The translations under genes and the position numbers were made by a program. A stretch of DNA of 64,000 bases from an uncultured virus (IMG/VR IMGVR_UViG_3300025530_000008) (Duplodnaviria > Heunggongvirae > Uroviricota > Caudoviricetes > Herelleviridae): the IMG/VR virus record IMGVR_UViG_3300025530_000008. The stretch is one strand, 5' to 3'. The notes below the pieces were generated by a model, which saw only the letters and a program-made list of their open reading frames with translations, made no database searches and was not told the DNA's origin. Positions 27,976 to 37,771 of the stretch are shown here, piece after piece. Within the stretch, counting starts at the first letter, position 1; each line of letters begins with the position of its first letter.

Positions 27976-28182
27976 ATGGCCGAGGCCGTAACGCCGTTGT
28001 TTCGGAAGTATGTGGATGGTTTTACGATAGGCGAGCTTCCGAAGACGAGCACACCGGAGGTCAACACGAAAAACTTCCGCACGCCCGGATACGTGCAGCT
28101 TGACGATGGCAGTTGGGCTCCTCAAACGGAATGCGTGCGGCTGCCGCGAGGCGGCAGGTTCGTTTGGGTCCGATTGTCATAG
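27976..28182 (+). CDS. small hypothetical protein
   Basis: AAGGAGG SD. Confidence 0.6.
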   Translation: MAEAVTPLFRKYVDGFTIGELPKTSTPEVNTKNFRTPGYVQLDDGSWAPQTECVRLPRGGRFVWVRLS

Positions 28183-28299
28183 AATTGTACGAAAGACAGC
28201 GCTGCCATAGGAAAAAGCTGCATGCGCATCGAGATTTTACATAAATCAGACGAGACGAGAAATGATAAGATGAGGATACGGAGATAGGAGGAACGGAGG

Positions 28300-28560
28300 G
28301 TGTCTGAAAGAGAACGCGAAAAGCAACGCCTGCAAGCAATTCGGGAGATGTCGCAGCGGCTCGACGAAATCAATCTGGAACGCCAACATCTGGAGTACTT
28401 CATTCGCTGCTGTGGAAACACGCCGAAGCTGCGGGACGATATTAAGGCGCTGCTGCAAGACCGTATCAAGGAGAGCAAGGCGGTGCACAAGCAGCTTATT
28501 CGACTGGCAACCAAACCGAAGGGATATCAAACGTTGCCTATTATTGAACGCGAGGATTGA
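28300..28560 (+). CDS. small coiled-coil protein
   Basis: GGAGG SD. Confidence 0.6.
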   Translation: MSEREREKQRLQAIREMSQRLDEINLERQHLEYFIRCCGNTPKLRDDIKALLQDRIKESKAVHKQLIRLATKPKGYQTLPIIERED

Positions 28561-28624
28561 TCAATAACGGGTTAATTTTTTGAGTAGGGCGCAGGTTCAT
28601 CTTCCGAACTTGCGCTTTTATTCT

Positions 28625-28677
28625 ACTGTTTAAATTTGTCCAAAGTTGTTGAGTTTTGTTCACGTTTGGTGTAAGAT
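28625..28677 (+). promoter_or_regulatory. SigA-like promoter overlapped by AAAGTTGT-type repeats
   Basis: TTGAGT(28649)-N17-TAAGAT; TAAATTTGTCCAAAGTTGTTG. Confidence 0.65.
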
Positions 28678-28706
28678 GGTGGCATAACATAAAGGAGGTA
28701 TTTTCG

Positions 28707-29324
28707 ATGGCAGTCATTACAAAGCAGGCCGTTCGAGACTGGATTGAGAAGATGGTGGTTACCCGGAGAAAGGAAGTCTATCAAGAGATCGGCGACATCG
28801 TCGATGAGCGCCTGAATCCGGTGCTGGATGAGCTCGTTGCCGCGCTTCCGGGTGTGGATAAGCTGGAGGAAGCCGGGCGGTCGTTTTACCGCGCAGTGGA
28901 GGCATACGCAGATCAGCCGTATTTCAGGGACTATCAGCACGTTGTCCAACACATGCTACACACCGCAGAGCGTTACGGAGAGAATATCAAGAAGCTTATC
29001 CGGCATGACATCCGCACGCGCGTTGTGAACTACGCCAGCGGCGGAAACGCCATCACGACTCAGGATACTTGCGGTTCGGAGGCGGTTGTGGCGCTGGCGC
29101 ATGAGATCGCCCGGGAGCTCAGACCGAAGTACAACATAATCAACGATTTGAGCAGGCTTCACAAGGAGCTGCAAAACATCGTTTCGCAGGCTGCAAGCGG
29201 TAAGGAAGCCCTGAAGCTGCTGCAGGAGGCCGGCGTCGACACATCGAGCTTTACGGTCGAGCAGCGTAACTTACCGGTTGCTGTGAATCTGTCGGTTGAT
29301 CCGAAAATTCTGGCAAGTGTGTAA
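28707..29324 (+). CDS. hypothetical protein
   Basis: AAAGGAGG SD. Confidence 0.75.
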   Translation: MAVITKQAVRDWIEKMVVTRRKEVYQEIGDIVDERLNPVLDELVAALPGVDKLEEAGRSFYRAVEAYADQPYFRDYQHVVQHMLHTAERYGENIKKLIRHDIRTRVVNYASGGNAITTQDTCGSEAVVALAHEIARELRPKYNIINDLSRLHKELQNIVSQAASGKEALKLLQEAGVDTSSFTVEQRNLPVAVNLSVDPKILASV

Positions 29325-29351
29325 ATCACGAGATAAAGGAGAGTACTTAAC

Positions 29352-29753
29352 ATGACGAAAGCAATGCAGACCATCATCGACATCTTCAAGCGTTTTTCGC
29401 CTCAACCGGAAATGCAATCTTCCGAAGGCGGACCGATCGGAGCAAGTCGGGCGGTCGACGAAGACCAACTCATCGACGAAGCGTCGAAGGAGTTCTCGGC
29501 CGCGGTGGCGGAGCTCCACAGCGCGCAGCGCTTCATGGACAATGTCGATCCGCAGGATGTGCGCATGGTCGACGAAGCCATTGCCCGCCTGAACGTGGCC
29601 CGGCTCCGCGTAGACAATGCCACGCGCCGGTTGAAGACGCTGCTCGGGATTCCGCTTCAGGAGCACCGGCCGCAGGAGCAAGTTATTACGGAGCGTATTT
29701 CGGCCGCGTTGAAAATGCCATCTTCGGAAGATGGCGCTCACGCCGTTTGCTGA
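29352..29753 (+). CDS. helical protein, possibly YaaL/DUF2508-like
   Basis: AQRFMDNVDP..MVDEAIARLNVA. Confidence 0.5.
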   Translation: MTKAMQTIIDIFKRFSPQPEMQSSEGGPIGASRAVDEDQLIDEASKEFSAAVAELHSAQRFMDNVDPQDVRMVDEAIARLNVARLRVDNATRRLKTLLGIPLQEHRPQEQVITERISAALKMPSSEDGAHAVC

Positions 29754-29767
29754 TGGAGGGAAGCGGG

Positions 29768-30700
29768 ATGGCAAGACTTGAAGGCATGCTGCTGCTCGAC
29801 TTTGAAACGACCGGCGTCGACCCGGATAAAGACCTACCGGTTGAGGTATGCGCCGTTCGGTTCGTGGGTGACAAGCAGGTGTCCATCCTCGATACGCTGA
29901 TTTACTACCCGCAGGATAAGCCGTGGACGGATGCGCTGGAGATGGGCCACCACTCGCGGCAGGACCTGCTGCAAGGGCTGGATGAGCGGACGGTCGCCGC
30001 CTACATGTTCCAGCTTCTGAAGCAGGCGGTTGACGCCGGACATCCGCTGGTCGCCTACAACGTTTTGTTCGACGCATCGTTCCTGTACAAGATGCTGACG
30101 CGGCATTTCAGCGTCGACGAAATCGCCGGCGTGTTCCAACGGATGAATATGCTGGACCCGCTGACCATCGTCCGCGAGCGGGAGCCGTACCCGCACCGGC
30201 TATCGGAGGTCTGCCTGCGCCGCGGCATTCAACTCGTCGACGCGCATCGGGCGCTGGATGATGCGCTGGCTATGGCTGAGCTCGTGGAACAACTCGGTTC
30301 GGAAGTTGACTTGAGGTCCTACATCAACCGGATCGGCTTCAACCGTCAGTACGGCGTCCCGCCGTATGTACAGGAATGGGCGCCGCCGCATGTGGAACTC
30401 GTACCGCAGGGGTCCGTCACGATCTACAAACACGCCGATGGCCGTGTCTCGCGGCAGCGGCACATCGGCCGGCCGTATCAGCAGAAGATTATGGGCAAAC
30501 CGGTTCCGCCGAATCGGCCGGTTGTCATGTCGCCGGGAGCAGGTGCCGGGAGCGGTAATAAGCCGCCGTATGGTGTCCCGGGACGGCCGCCGGCAATTAT
30601 AGGTTCCATTACGTGGCCGCAGCCCGCACCGAATGTCAAGTTTACGATGCCTGATAAATCACAGACCGAAGGGAGTTCGAACGACAATGCCGATGTTTGA
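29768..30700 (+). CDS. DEDDh 3'-5' exonuclease (DnaQ-like) with Pro-rich tail
   Basis: LDFETTG, VAYNVLFD, AHRALDDA. Confidence 0.88.
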   Translation: MARLEGMLLLDFETTGVDPDKDLPVEVCAVRFVGDKQVSILDTLIYYPQDKPWTDALEMGHHSRQDLLQGLDERTVAAYMFQLLKQAVDAGHPLVAYNVLFDASFLYKMLTRHFSVDEIAGVFQRMNMLDPLTIVREREPYPHRLSEVCLRRGIQLVDAHRALDDALAMAELVEQLGSEVDLRSYINRIGFNRQYGVPPYVQEWAPPHVELVPQGSVTIYKHADGRVSRQRHIGRPYQQKIMGKPVPPNRPVVMSPGAGAGSGNKPPYGVPGRPPAIIGSITWPQPAPNVKFTMPDKSQTEGSSNDNADV

Positions 30701-30875
30701 AGGACGCTTTTACACTGCACGGGAAATCCTGTGCGCGGACTGTCACGAACTGTACGCCTCCAGCGGGCAGGAGATCACCGCGCACGACGCCTGCCCGACC
30801 TGCCGGGATAGCATGCTGTCGCTGGAGGTCTCCGCGCTGGGGCCGGAGGACGAGGGAGACGACGCCAATGGGTGA
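30687..30875 (+). CDS. small Zn-ribbon protein
   Basis: CADC...CPTC. Confidence 0.55.
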   Translation: MPMFEGRFYTAREILCADCHELYASSGQEITAHDACPTCRDSMLSLEVSALGPEDEGDDANG

Positions 30876-31380
30876 CCTTCAGGAGTACCGGAATTTCGAT
30901 GATCCGATCGAAGTTGCGCATCGTATCGTGCAAGGCTTTCGAAGCTTCAGGGACCAGTATGATCGAGCATATGAGGCCATCAACCGGTCGGACCACGAAC
31001 TTCAAGACCTGCTGCACGAAATCGAGATGCTTGACCTTTCAGAGGGCGCCGCGCTGGAGACATTCAACGCGCTGCGACAGAATCGCGTCGAGCGCCGGGA
31101 GGCAAAGCAGCTCATGCAGGTCGGCAAGCCCTTGTACGACTTCGTGCGCCGCAATCATAAAGTTATCGCGGAACTGGAGACGGTACTGAGGTCCATGCAG
31201 AACATCGAAAGCCGCATGCGCTTCAGCATCTACAGCCCGCGCATACGGAAGGAAAAGCTCGACGCCTTTATCAACCTGACGGCCCGGGCGTCCGGCAAGA
31301 CGCCTGAAGAAATCCGCACCATGCTGGCGGAGATTGGAGAGGTTGACGATGACGAAACCGATGATGCCGCAAATGGATAA
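30868..31380 (+). CDS. coiled-coil hypothetical phage protein
   Basis: DLLHEIE...RVERREAK...YSPR. Confidence 0.65.
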   Translation: MGDLQEYRNFDDPIEVAHRIVQGFRSFRDQYDRAYEAINRSDHELQDLLHEIEMLDLSEGAALETFNALRQNRVERREAKQLMQVGKPLYDFVRRNHKVIAELETVLRSMQNIESRMRFSIYSPRIRKEKLDAFINLTARASGKTPEEIRTMLAEIGEVDDDETDDAANG

Positions 31381-31503
31381 TGGTTCCGAAGTTGCGCTGC
31401 CTGCCGGCCTCCGGCGGACGGTGGTCATTGATGGCGAGGTTTACGTTTTAGATTCCGAAGAAGGCATAAATGCGCATGAGGTCGATGTAAAGGAGCGTTT
31501 GAC

Positions 31504-31716
31504 ATGACAGGCGCATCAGTCTATGCGCATCTGTTTGGCGTGGTGGAGTCCATAGATCGGTTATGCGCGGAACTGGAGGGTGTCACCCGCCGGCTGGAGG
31601 CGCTAAACGGCGGCGCCTATCTGGGCGACTATCTTCATGGTTTAAGCGACGAGCTCCGCGACAGCATCCAGAATCTGAAGCATGATTTGATCGCGGCACA
31701 GGGCCGCGGCGCCTGA
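31504..31716 (+). CDS. small hypothetical protein
   Basis: AAAGGAG SD. Confidence 0.55.
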   Translation: MTGASVYAHLFGVVESIDRLCAELEGVTRRLEALNGGAYLGDYLHGLSDELRDSIQNLKHDLIAAQGRGA

Positions 31717-31746
31717 CGATACCAAGCGGCTATGAGGTGACGGCAC

Positions 31747-32850
31747 ATGAAGAAATACGAATTCGTTCCGAATGACAGAATCAGGTTTCGAGTAGGTGAC
31801 AAGGACATCATTCTGAATCGCATCCGTGCGGTGCGGGATATTCCGAAGCATGATATTTCGGCCGGGCAGCTCGGCGGATACATTGAATGCGAAGACAACC
31901 TGTCGCACGCCGGCTCCTGCTGGGTCGGCGGAAATGCGCAGGTATTTGGTGATGCGAAAGTGTTCGAATACGCGCTGGTGACCGACCGGGCGAAGGTCGC
32001 CAGCAACGCGAAGGTGTACGGGCATGCCCGTGTCGACGGCAGCGCCTCCGTTATAGCCGGCTCCGTGGTCGAGGGTAACGCCCACGTCGGCGGCCGCGCA
32101 CTCGTCCGCGGAGATGCCATGATCCTCGAGCATGCAAGGGTGATGGACAGCGCCATCGTCGAAGGTGGTGTGGTAAGCGGCCGCGCGATCGTTTCGAAGT
32201 CTGCACGGGTGCTGGATAAGGCGCAGGTGAGCGGTAACGCCGTGGTTACAGACCGCGCGAAAATCAGAGGGCACGCAAAGGTCAGCGATAATGCACGGGT
32301 CAGCGGCAGCGCCCGCCTCGGCTGGTCGGCGCAAGTCTCCGGCAACGCGAAGGTCTACGGCAACGCCTATATCGCCAACCGAGCGCGGGTGGCAGGATAT
32401 GCGAACGTCTTCGGCGAAGCGCAGATTATCGAGGATGCCTACGTCGGCGGAGGTGCGAAGATCGGCGGCGCCGTCGGACTCTACGGCATGGCGAGCGTAT
32501 GGGATGCGGAGATCGTGTTGACGGAGGGTCAGGAGCTGCGCATCGGTACGCATGCGCGGATCATCGACGAGACGGCCTTCCTGATGGTTCATCCGGTCGG
32601 CATGGGCCGGTATATACTGGCCGCTTACGTGGCGCACGAGGCCGACCAGCGCGACGTTCTGAAGGCGACGATCGGCGTGACGCTCGGCATGCAGAGCTTC
32701 ACGCTGGATAAGTTCGAGGCACACATCAAGAAGCTGCTGATGAACGGCAACATCGAAAAGAGCGAAGGCGAGTTTATGCTGGCGCTGGTTCCGGCCATTC
32801 AGCATAAACTGGCGCCGGCGGTTGCCGAGTACCAGAGCGTCATCGAATGA
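31747..32850 (+). CDS. hexapeptide-repeat (left-handed beta-helix) protein 1
   Basis: KYE...RIRAVRD...GGYIE..NLS N-terminus; xAxVxG hexapeptides. Confidence 0.85.
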   Translation: MKKYEFVPNDRIRFRVGDKDIILNRIRAVRDIPKHDISAGQLGGYIECEDNLSHAGSCWVGGNAQVFGDAKVFEYALVTDRAKVASNAKVYGHARVDGSASVIAGSVVEGNAHVGGRALVRGDAMILEHARVMDSAIVEGGVVSGRAIVSKSARVLDKAQVSGNAVVTDRAKIRGHAKVSDNARVSGSARLGWSAQVSGNAKVYGNAYIANRARVAGYANVFGEAQIIEDAYVGGGAKIGGAVGLYGMASVWDAEIVLTEGQELRIGTHARIIDETAFLMVHPVGMGRYILAAYVAHEADQRDVLKATIGVTLGMQSFTLDKFEAHIKKLLMNGNIEKSEGEFMLALVPAIQHKLAPAVAEYQSVIE

Positions 32851-32876
32851 AATTTTCAAAGAGAGGGATGAGGTGA

Positions 32877-33950
32877 ATGAGCTTCTTAATCGGCTCGGAT
32901 GAGCAGCGCGTGAATAACAGCCACACGGATGAGGGTGTTCGGAGGAAGTACGAGTTCACAGGGGATACGAAGCCCATCATAGATGCGGAAGGAAAAGAGC
33001 GCACCCTACGCCGCATCCGCGCGGTTCGGGACATTCCGAAGCATAACGTTCCAGCCGGCGGCACCGGCGGATGGATTGAATCGGAGGTTAACCTGTCGCA
33101 GGAAGGCGACTGCTGGGTCGGCGGGGAATCGCAGGTGTACGGAAAGGCGCATGTAACCGGAGACGCGCTGGTAACCGGTGGGTCCGTTGTATGCGACGAG
33201 GCAATCGTTTGCGGGCTTTCGCTCGTTGCCGGATCGGTGCGCATCAAAGGTCGGGCGAAGATCGCGCGCCGCGCGCAGGTCACCGGTTCTGCGTGCGTAT
33301 CCGGGCAGGCGCTTATCAGCGAACGCGCGGTCGTGGCGAACTATGCTCACGTCACGGATCAGGCCGTGGTGATGGGAGATGCCAGAGTCCGCGGCTGGGC
33401 AAAGGTTGGAGGAAACGCGAGAATCGAGGACCGCTCCGAGCTCGAAGGGTACTCCATCATCGGCGGTGACGTCGTCCTCTCCGGTGCATATGTATGGGAC
33501 CGCGCCGAAATAAAGGGAAGCGTTCGACTATACGGGAACGCCTCGATTTGCGGGTACTCGGTGATCGATATCGAGGACGACGGACTGAGCATTTGCGCGG
33601 ATGCATCGATCCGTGACGGCGCACGCATTCGGTATGCTGACGATATCCTCGTCCTCTCCCCAGTCGGCTCCGAGAACGGTACGCTGACCGCGTATGTCGG
33701 CATCCACTACGAGAACGACGAGGAAATCCCGGCGATTCTGGTCACCCGCGGCTGCTACAAAGGTACGCTGGATCAGTTCGAGCAGCGCGTGAAAAGGCTC
33801 GGCCAGCGCTTCGCGTACACAACCGCAAGCAGCAGGCGGCGGGAAGCGTACCTGAAGTTAACGCCGGCGATCCGGGCGTATCTGACGCCGGCGCTGGAAC
33901 GGCTGAAGGCAGAGCTTCAGGAAAAACAAGGAGGTAAATGTCATGAGTGA
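32877..33950 (+). CDS. hexapeptide-repeat protein 2
   Basis: Same architecture; C-terminal PVGSE.GTLTAY...TRGC. Confidence 0.85.
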   Translation: MSFLIGSDEQRVNNSHTDEGVRRKYEFTGDTKPIIDAEGKERTLRRIRAVRDIPKHNVPAGGTGGWIESEVNLSQEGDCWVGGESQVYGKAHVTGDALVTGGSVVCDEAIVCGLSLVAGSVRIKGRAKIARRAQVTGSACVSGQALISERAVVANYAHVTDQAVVMGDARVRGWAKVGGNARIEDRSELEGYSIIGGDVVLSGAYVWDRAEIKGSVRLYGNASICGYSVIDIEDDGLSICADASIRDGARIRYADDILVLSPVGSENGTLTAYVGIHYENDEEIPAILVTRGCYKGTLDQFEQRVKRLGQRFAYTTASSRRREAYLKLTPAIRAYLTPALERLKAELQEKQGGKCHE

Positions 33951-35184
33951 GCGCCGCAAGTACGAAATAACGAATGAGTCACGCACGGTGCATCTTTTGG
34001 ACGGACGGAAAATTACGGTCTTCCGCATCCGGGCGCTACGGGATATTCCGCGCCACGGCGTCAAAGCGGGTGAGCTCGGCGGCTGGGTTGAGGGTACGCA
34101 CAACCTGTCACAGTACGACGACTGCTGGATCGATCAATATGCCCGCGTCGTGGGCGGCGCCACGGTCATCGGTAACGCGCTGATTGCCGGCCGGTCGCAG
34201 GTGTACGATAAAGCGCAAGTCAGAGGCAACGCGAAAGTCACTGGTCAAGCCTGCGTATTTGGTAAGGCGGTGGTTGCGGGAAATGCTTCCGTATTAAGCT
34301 GCGCGGTAATCCGCGATCAGGCTATGGTTATGGGCAAAGCCACGGTCGACAGCTACGCTGAGATCGCCGGCGAGGCACGGGTTGCCGGATACGCCGTCGT
34401 CACAGACAACGCCCGCGTGACAGGAAAGGCACGACTGCTCGGAAACGCGCATGTGATGGACGATGCGTGGGTGTACGGCAGCGCCGTCATCGGCGAAAAC
34501 GCCTCCATATCCGGTTACGCGCACGTCTTCGGAAGTGCACAGGTCAGTCATTACGCGGCCATCATGGACAACGCGCAGGTATCGGGATTTTCGCGCATAC
34601 ACGGCGACGTGACGGTTGAGGACTTTGCAGTTGTCACAGGACACGTTACCCTGAGCGGCAGCGTACATGTAGGCGGAAGGGCAGAGATCAACGTGCAGAG
34701 AGACGATCACGCCAGCCATCGGTTGTATTTATGCGGTGATATACAGATCAAGGACAAAGCGCGCATCCGCTCGCAGCGTGACATCCTTTCGATATCGCCG
34801 GTCGGTTCCGAAGGCGGGACGCTGACGGCTTACGTGGCGCTGACAAAGGAAGGCCGGGCGTATGTCCATCTTACGCGCGGGTGCTTCAGCGGTACCTTAA
34901 GCGAATTCAAAGACGCGCTGCGGGCAGGCCAGCAGCACAAGGAGCTTCGGAAGATTTACAAAAAGCTGATTCCGATCATCGAGGAACACTTCGCGCCGTC
35001 GCTGTCCGAGCTCCAGCGCCGCGTGCTTGAAGGGCTGGAGGAAAACGACGACCGCGCCGAGCTCGGCGACTGCCCGGTATATGCGGATTACGCCGATATC
35101 CCGCGTCTGACGCCGCCGAAGCTGCCGCCGGTTCCTTACGCGCCGGACTTTGAGGATGGGGAGGTCAAATACGCCGATGAGTGA
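33943..35184 (+). CDS. hexapeptide-repeat protein 3
   Basis: Same architecture. Confidence 0.85.
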   Translation: MSERRKYEITNESRTVHLLDGRKITVFRIRALRDIPRHGVKAGELGGWVEGTHNLSQYDDCWIDQYARVVGGATVIGNALIAGRSQVYDKAQVRGNAKVTGQACVFGKAVVAGNASVLSCAVIRDQAMVMGKATVDSYAEIAGEARVAGYAVVTDNARVTGKARLLGNAHVMDDAWVYGSAVIGENASISGYAHVFGSAQVSHYAAIMDNAQVSGFSRIHGDVTVEDFAVVTGHVTLSGSVHVGGRAEINVQRDDHASHRLYLCGDIQIKDKARIRSQRDILSISPVGSEGGTLTAYVALTKEGRAYVHLTRGCFSGTLSEFKDALRAGQQHKELRKIYKKLIPIIEEHFAPSLSELQRRVLEGLEENDDRAELGDCPVYADYADIPRLTPPKLPPVPYAPDFEDGEVKYADE

Positions 35185-35617
35185 GCCGCGCAAGTACGAA
35201 CTGACGGACGAGGTAAAGACGGTCAGCGGCCCGGGAGGTCGGAAGGTTACCCTGCGCCGCATCCGGGGCGGGGTTCCTAACTACGTGAAGCATGCGCTCG
35301 TGCAGGCTGCAAAGCACAACGAGAAAGCGCGACAGTTTGAGCGTAAAATCGAGCGCTGGCTGGAACAGCACGATATTCATGATCTCGATGTGGTGCGGGA
35401 TATCCTGATTGACTGCACGCAGCTCGAGAACCGGCCGGATGAGGCGATTCGGCGTCTGGAGGATGTGATCGATAGCGTGCGTCAGTACAAGGCGTACTAC
35501 AAACAAACAGGCAAGTCCCGAGCAAGCAAAGTCCAACAAGCAAGCGCAAGTCCCAAACAAGCAAGCGCAAGTCCCAAACAAGGAGGCAGGTATCGTGACA
35601 TCACCGCTGAAATATAA
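35177..35617 (+). CDS. chimeric ORF: hexapeptide-paralogue N-terminus fused to unrelated sequence
   Basis: MSEPRKYELT...VTLRRIR then diverges; 21-bp tandem repeat near the end. Confidence 0.55.
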   Translation: MSEPRKYELTDEVKTVSGPGGRKVTLRRIRGGVPNYVKHALVQAAKHNEKARQFERKIERWLEQHDIHDLDVVRDILIDCTQLENRPDEAIRRLEDVIDSVRQYKAYYKQTGKSRASKVQQASASPKQASASPKQGGRYRDITAEI

Positions 35618-36638
35618 GCTCGTAGGAAAGCCGCGCGTGAAGTTCTCGCCTTCCGAAGGGCGTGAGATCGCGCTGCACCAGATTCAAGCACTAATCGATC
35701 TTCCGAAGCACGGCGTTAAGGCCGGCGATATCGGCGGGTGGGTTGAAGGCCCGCACAACCTGAATCAGGAAGGTGCCTGCTGGGTCGAGGGTGAGGCCGA
35801 AGTGTACGGCGAGGCGCGTGTGACGGATGACGCGCTCATCCGCTGTCAGGCGAGGGTGTACGGAAGCGCCGTGGTCGCAGGGGATGCGACGGTTGAAGGC
35901 GTGGCGAAGGTGTACGGCAAGGCGCTCATCTCCGGCAGCGCGCGGGTTTCCGGCAATTCCGATATCTGCGGGCATGCCGACGTTTCCGGCAGCGCGGTGG
36001 TGCACGATACCGACATTGAGGACCACGCCGTTATCAAGGATAACGTTAAGATCGTCGACAGCTACGTGCGTGACCGCGCGGTCGTGCGCGGGGATATGAT
36101 GATCAGAAACGCCTACATCATCGAGCATGCGCATATCGAAGGCAACGGAACGCTCGAGAAAATAGCCGTCAGCGGCCACGCCCGTATTTCGGGGAATGTT
36201 ACGCTTCATAAAGTGATCATCTCGGACCATTCACTGATTATGGGCGACATAGTCCTGCGCGGGAAGCAGGAGGATGGCATGAACACATCCTGCCGCGTGC
36301 GCGGCAGGATGATCTTCCGTGACGGTGCCTATGTGACGCACCCGGAGCACATGCTGGCCATCTCACCCATCGGCCGTGATCTGGATACGCTGACGGCCTA
36401 CACGGGCGTTACGACCGGCGAAGACGGCAAGCAGCAGGCAGTGATCCGCGTCGCCCGCGGGCTGTACACGGGAACCATCGATGAATTCATTGATCACGTT
36501 ATCGAGAAGGACGCCGGGGAGCGGAAAGAGGAAACGTTCATCTACCTGCAGTTGGCGCCGCTGATAAAGTCGCACTTCGCCAGAGCGGTAAAAGAGCTTC
36601 AAGCCGTGCTGGATGCGCAGGCGAGCGAATCACATTAA
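35595..36638 (+). CDS. hexapeptide-repeat protein 4
   Basis: Same architecture. Confidence 0.85.
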   Translation: MTSPLKYKLVGKPRVKFSPSEGREIALHQIQALIDLPKHGVKAGDIGGWVEGPHNLNQEGACWVEGEAEVYGEARVTDDALIRCQARVYGSAVVAGDATVEGVAKVYGKALISGSARVSGNSDICGHADVSGSAVVHDTDIEDHAVIKDNVKIVDSYVRDRAVVRGDMMIRNAYIIEHAHIEGNGTLEKIAVSGHARISGNVTLHKVIISDHSLIMGDIVLRGKQEDGMNTSCRVRGRMIFRDGAYVTHPEHMLAISPIGRDLDTLTAYTGVTTGEDGKQQAVIRVARGLYTGTIDEFIDHVIEKDAGERKEETFIYLQLAPLIKSHFARAVKELQAVLDAQASESH

Positions 36639-36673
36639 CATACAGTCACATTAACATACAGGAGGCATGTCTC

Positions 36674-37771
36674 ATGGAACAGTATAAAACGGATTTCTCA
36701 GGCTTCGTTTATGTCCGCCTCGAGGGCGCGGCGATACCGATCGTTGAGGATGGACCGGAAATCGTGTACATGCCGAAGGCCGGCGATCACGTCGTTGTGC
36801 CGGCCGGACCGCATTCAATCAAGCCGAAGCAGTTTAGCATGCTGAAGGATGGGACCGACGTGGAGCTCACCGTAAGCGACATTCCTCTATCGATGATGCA
36901 GGAAACCGTAAGGCTCATCACGGAACGCCTTCGCAAGAATGGCAGCGTGCGGATCGAGGTCGAGGTTTACGAATCGGCCATGAAGATCGGCAAAATCACG
37001 CAGTTCGAAGAACGTCATGTTCAGAAGGACGGCTACCTGACGTACAAGATTACTTTCCCATTCCGCATTACCGGGTCTTCGCCGCTGTGCCCGCATGGCG
37101 AGAACCAGCGTAGGTGCCCGATCTGCAAGGCGTTCAAGGAAGGAAGCGAAGCCGGCAGCAGCACCAACGCGGCAGCGAAGCCGGCCATCTCCCGGTTCGA
37201 GGGCCGAACCGTCGACATCGACGGCACGAAAGCTCGCCTGAATTCGGAAGGGTTGCTGGTAGTGGAGATGCCCAACTTCTGCGGCACGCGTGTGCCCGGG
37301 GAATACTATGTGTTCTTCCGGCTGGTCGCCGTGCGGCGGCGGACAAACCTGATAAGTCCTACGCAGATGCATTACCTGCCGGAGCTGTGGGCCGGGTGCC
37401 CGGATGAGGACGACATCTACGATGTCCTGAAATCTGGGGATTACGCATTCGTTATCGTCGAGAAGGAGTTTTGGAGCACATCGGCTCCGCTTCCGAAGGA
37501 GCGAATCAAGTATCCGAAGAACGAGCCGGCCGGGAAAGTCGAGGAACTGACGGACTGCTCGATTATCACCACGCCGGCGGGCGGCGCACTCATTACCTAT
37601 TACGTGCTCGTCGGCTATACGGACGACGGCCGGCAGGCTGTCGGCATCGAACATTACAGGAGCGCGCCGAGCCGGGAGGCTGTCAAGGATGCACTCGAGC
37701 GCTATAAATGGCGGTCGGCAAGCGCGGAGAAGCGGTATGAACTGGCCCGTGTGGTTGAGGACTACAAATAA
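36674..37771 (+). CDS. hypothetical protein
   Basis: GGAGG SD; CPH..CPIC motif; 16-bp tandem duplication at 36630-36661 upstream. Confidence 0.7.
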   Translation: MEQYKTDFSGFVYVRLEGAAIPIVEDGPEIVYMPKAGDHVVVPAGPHSIKPKQFSMLKDGTDVELTVSDIPLSMMQETVRLITERLRKNGSVRIEVEVYESAMKIGKITQFEERHVQKDGYLTYKITFPFRITGSSPLCPHGENQRRCPICKAFKEGSEAGSSTNAAAKPAISRFEGRTVDIDGTKARLNSEGLLVVEMPNFCGTRVPGEYYVFFRLVAVRRRTNLISPTQMHYLPELWAGCPDEDDIYDVLKSGDYAFVIVEKEFWSTSAPLPKERIKYPKNEPAGKVEELTDCSIITTPAGGALITYYVLVGYTDDGRQAVGIEHYRSAPSREAVKDALERYKWRSASAEKRYELARVVEDYK

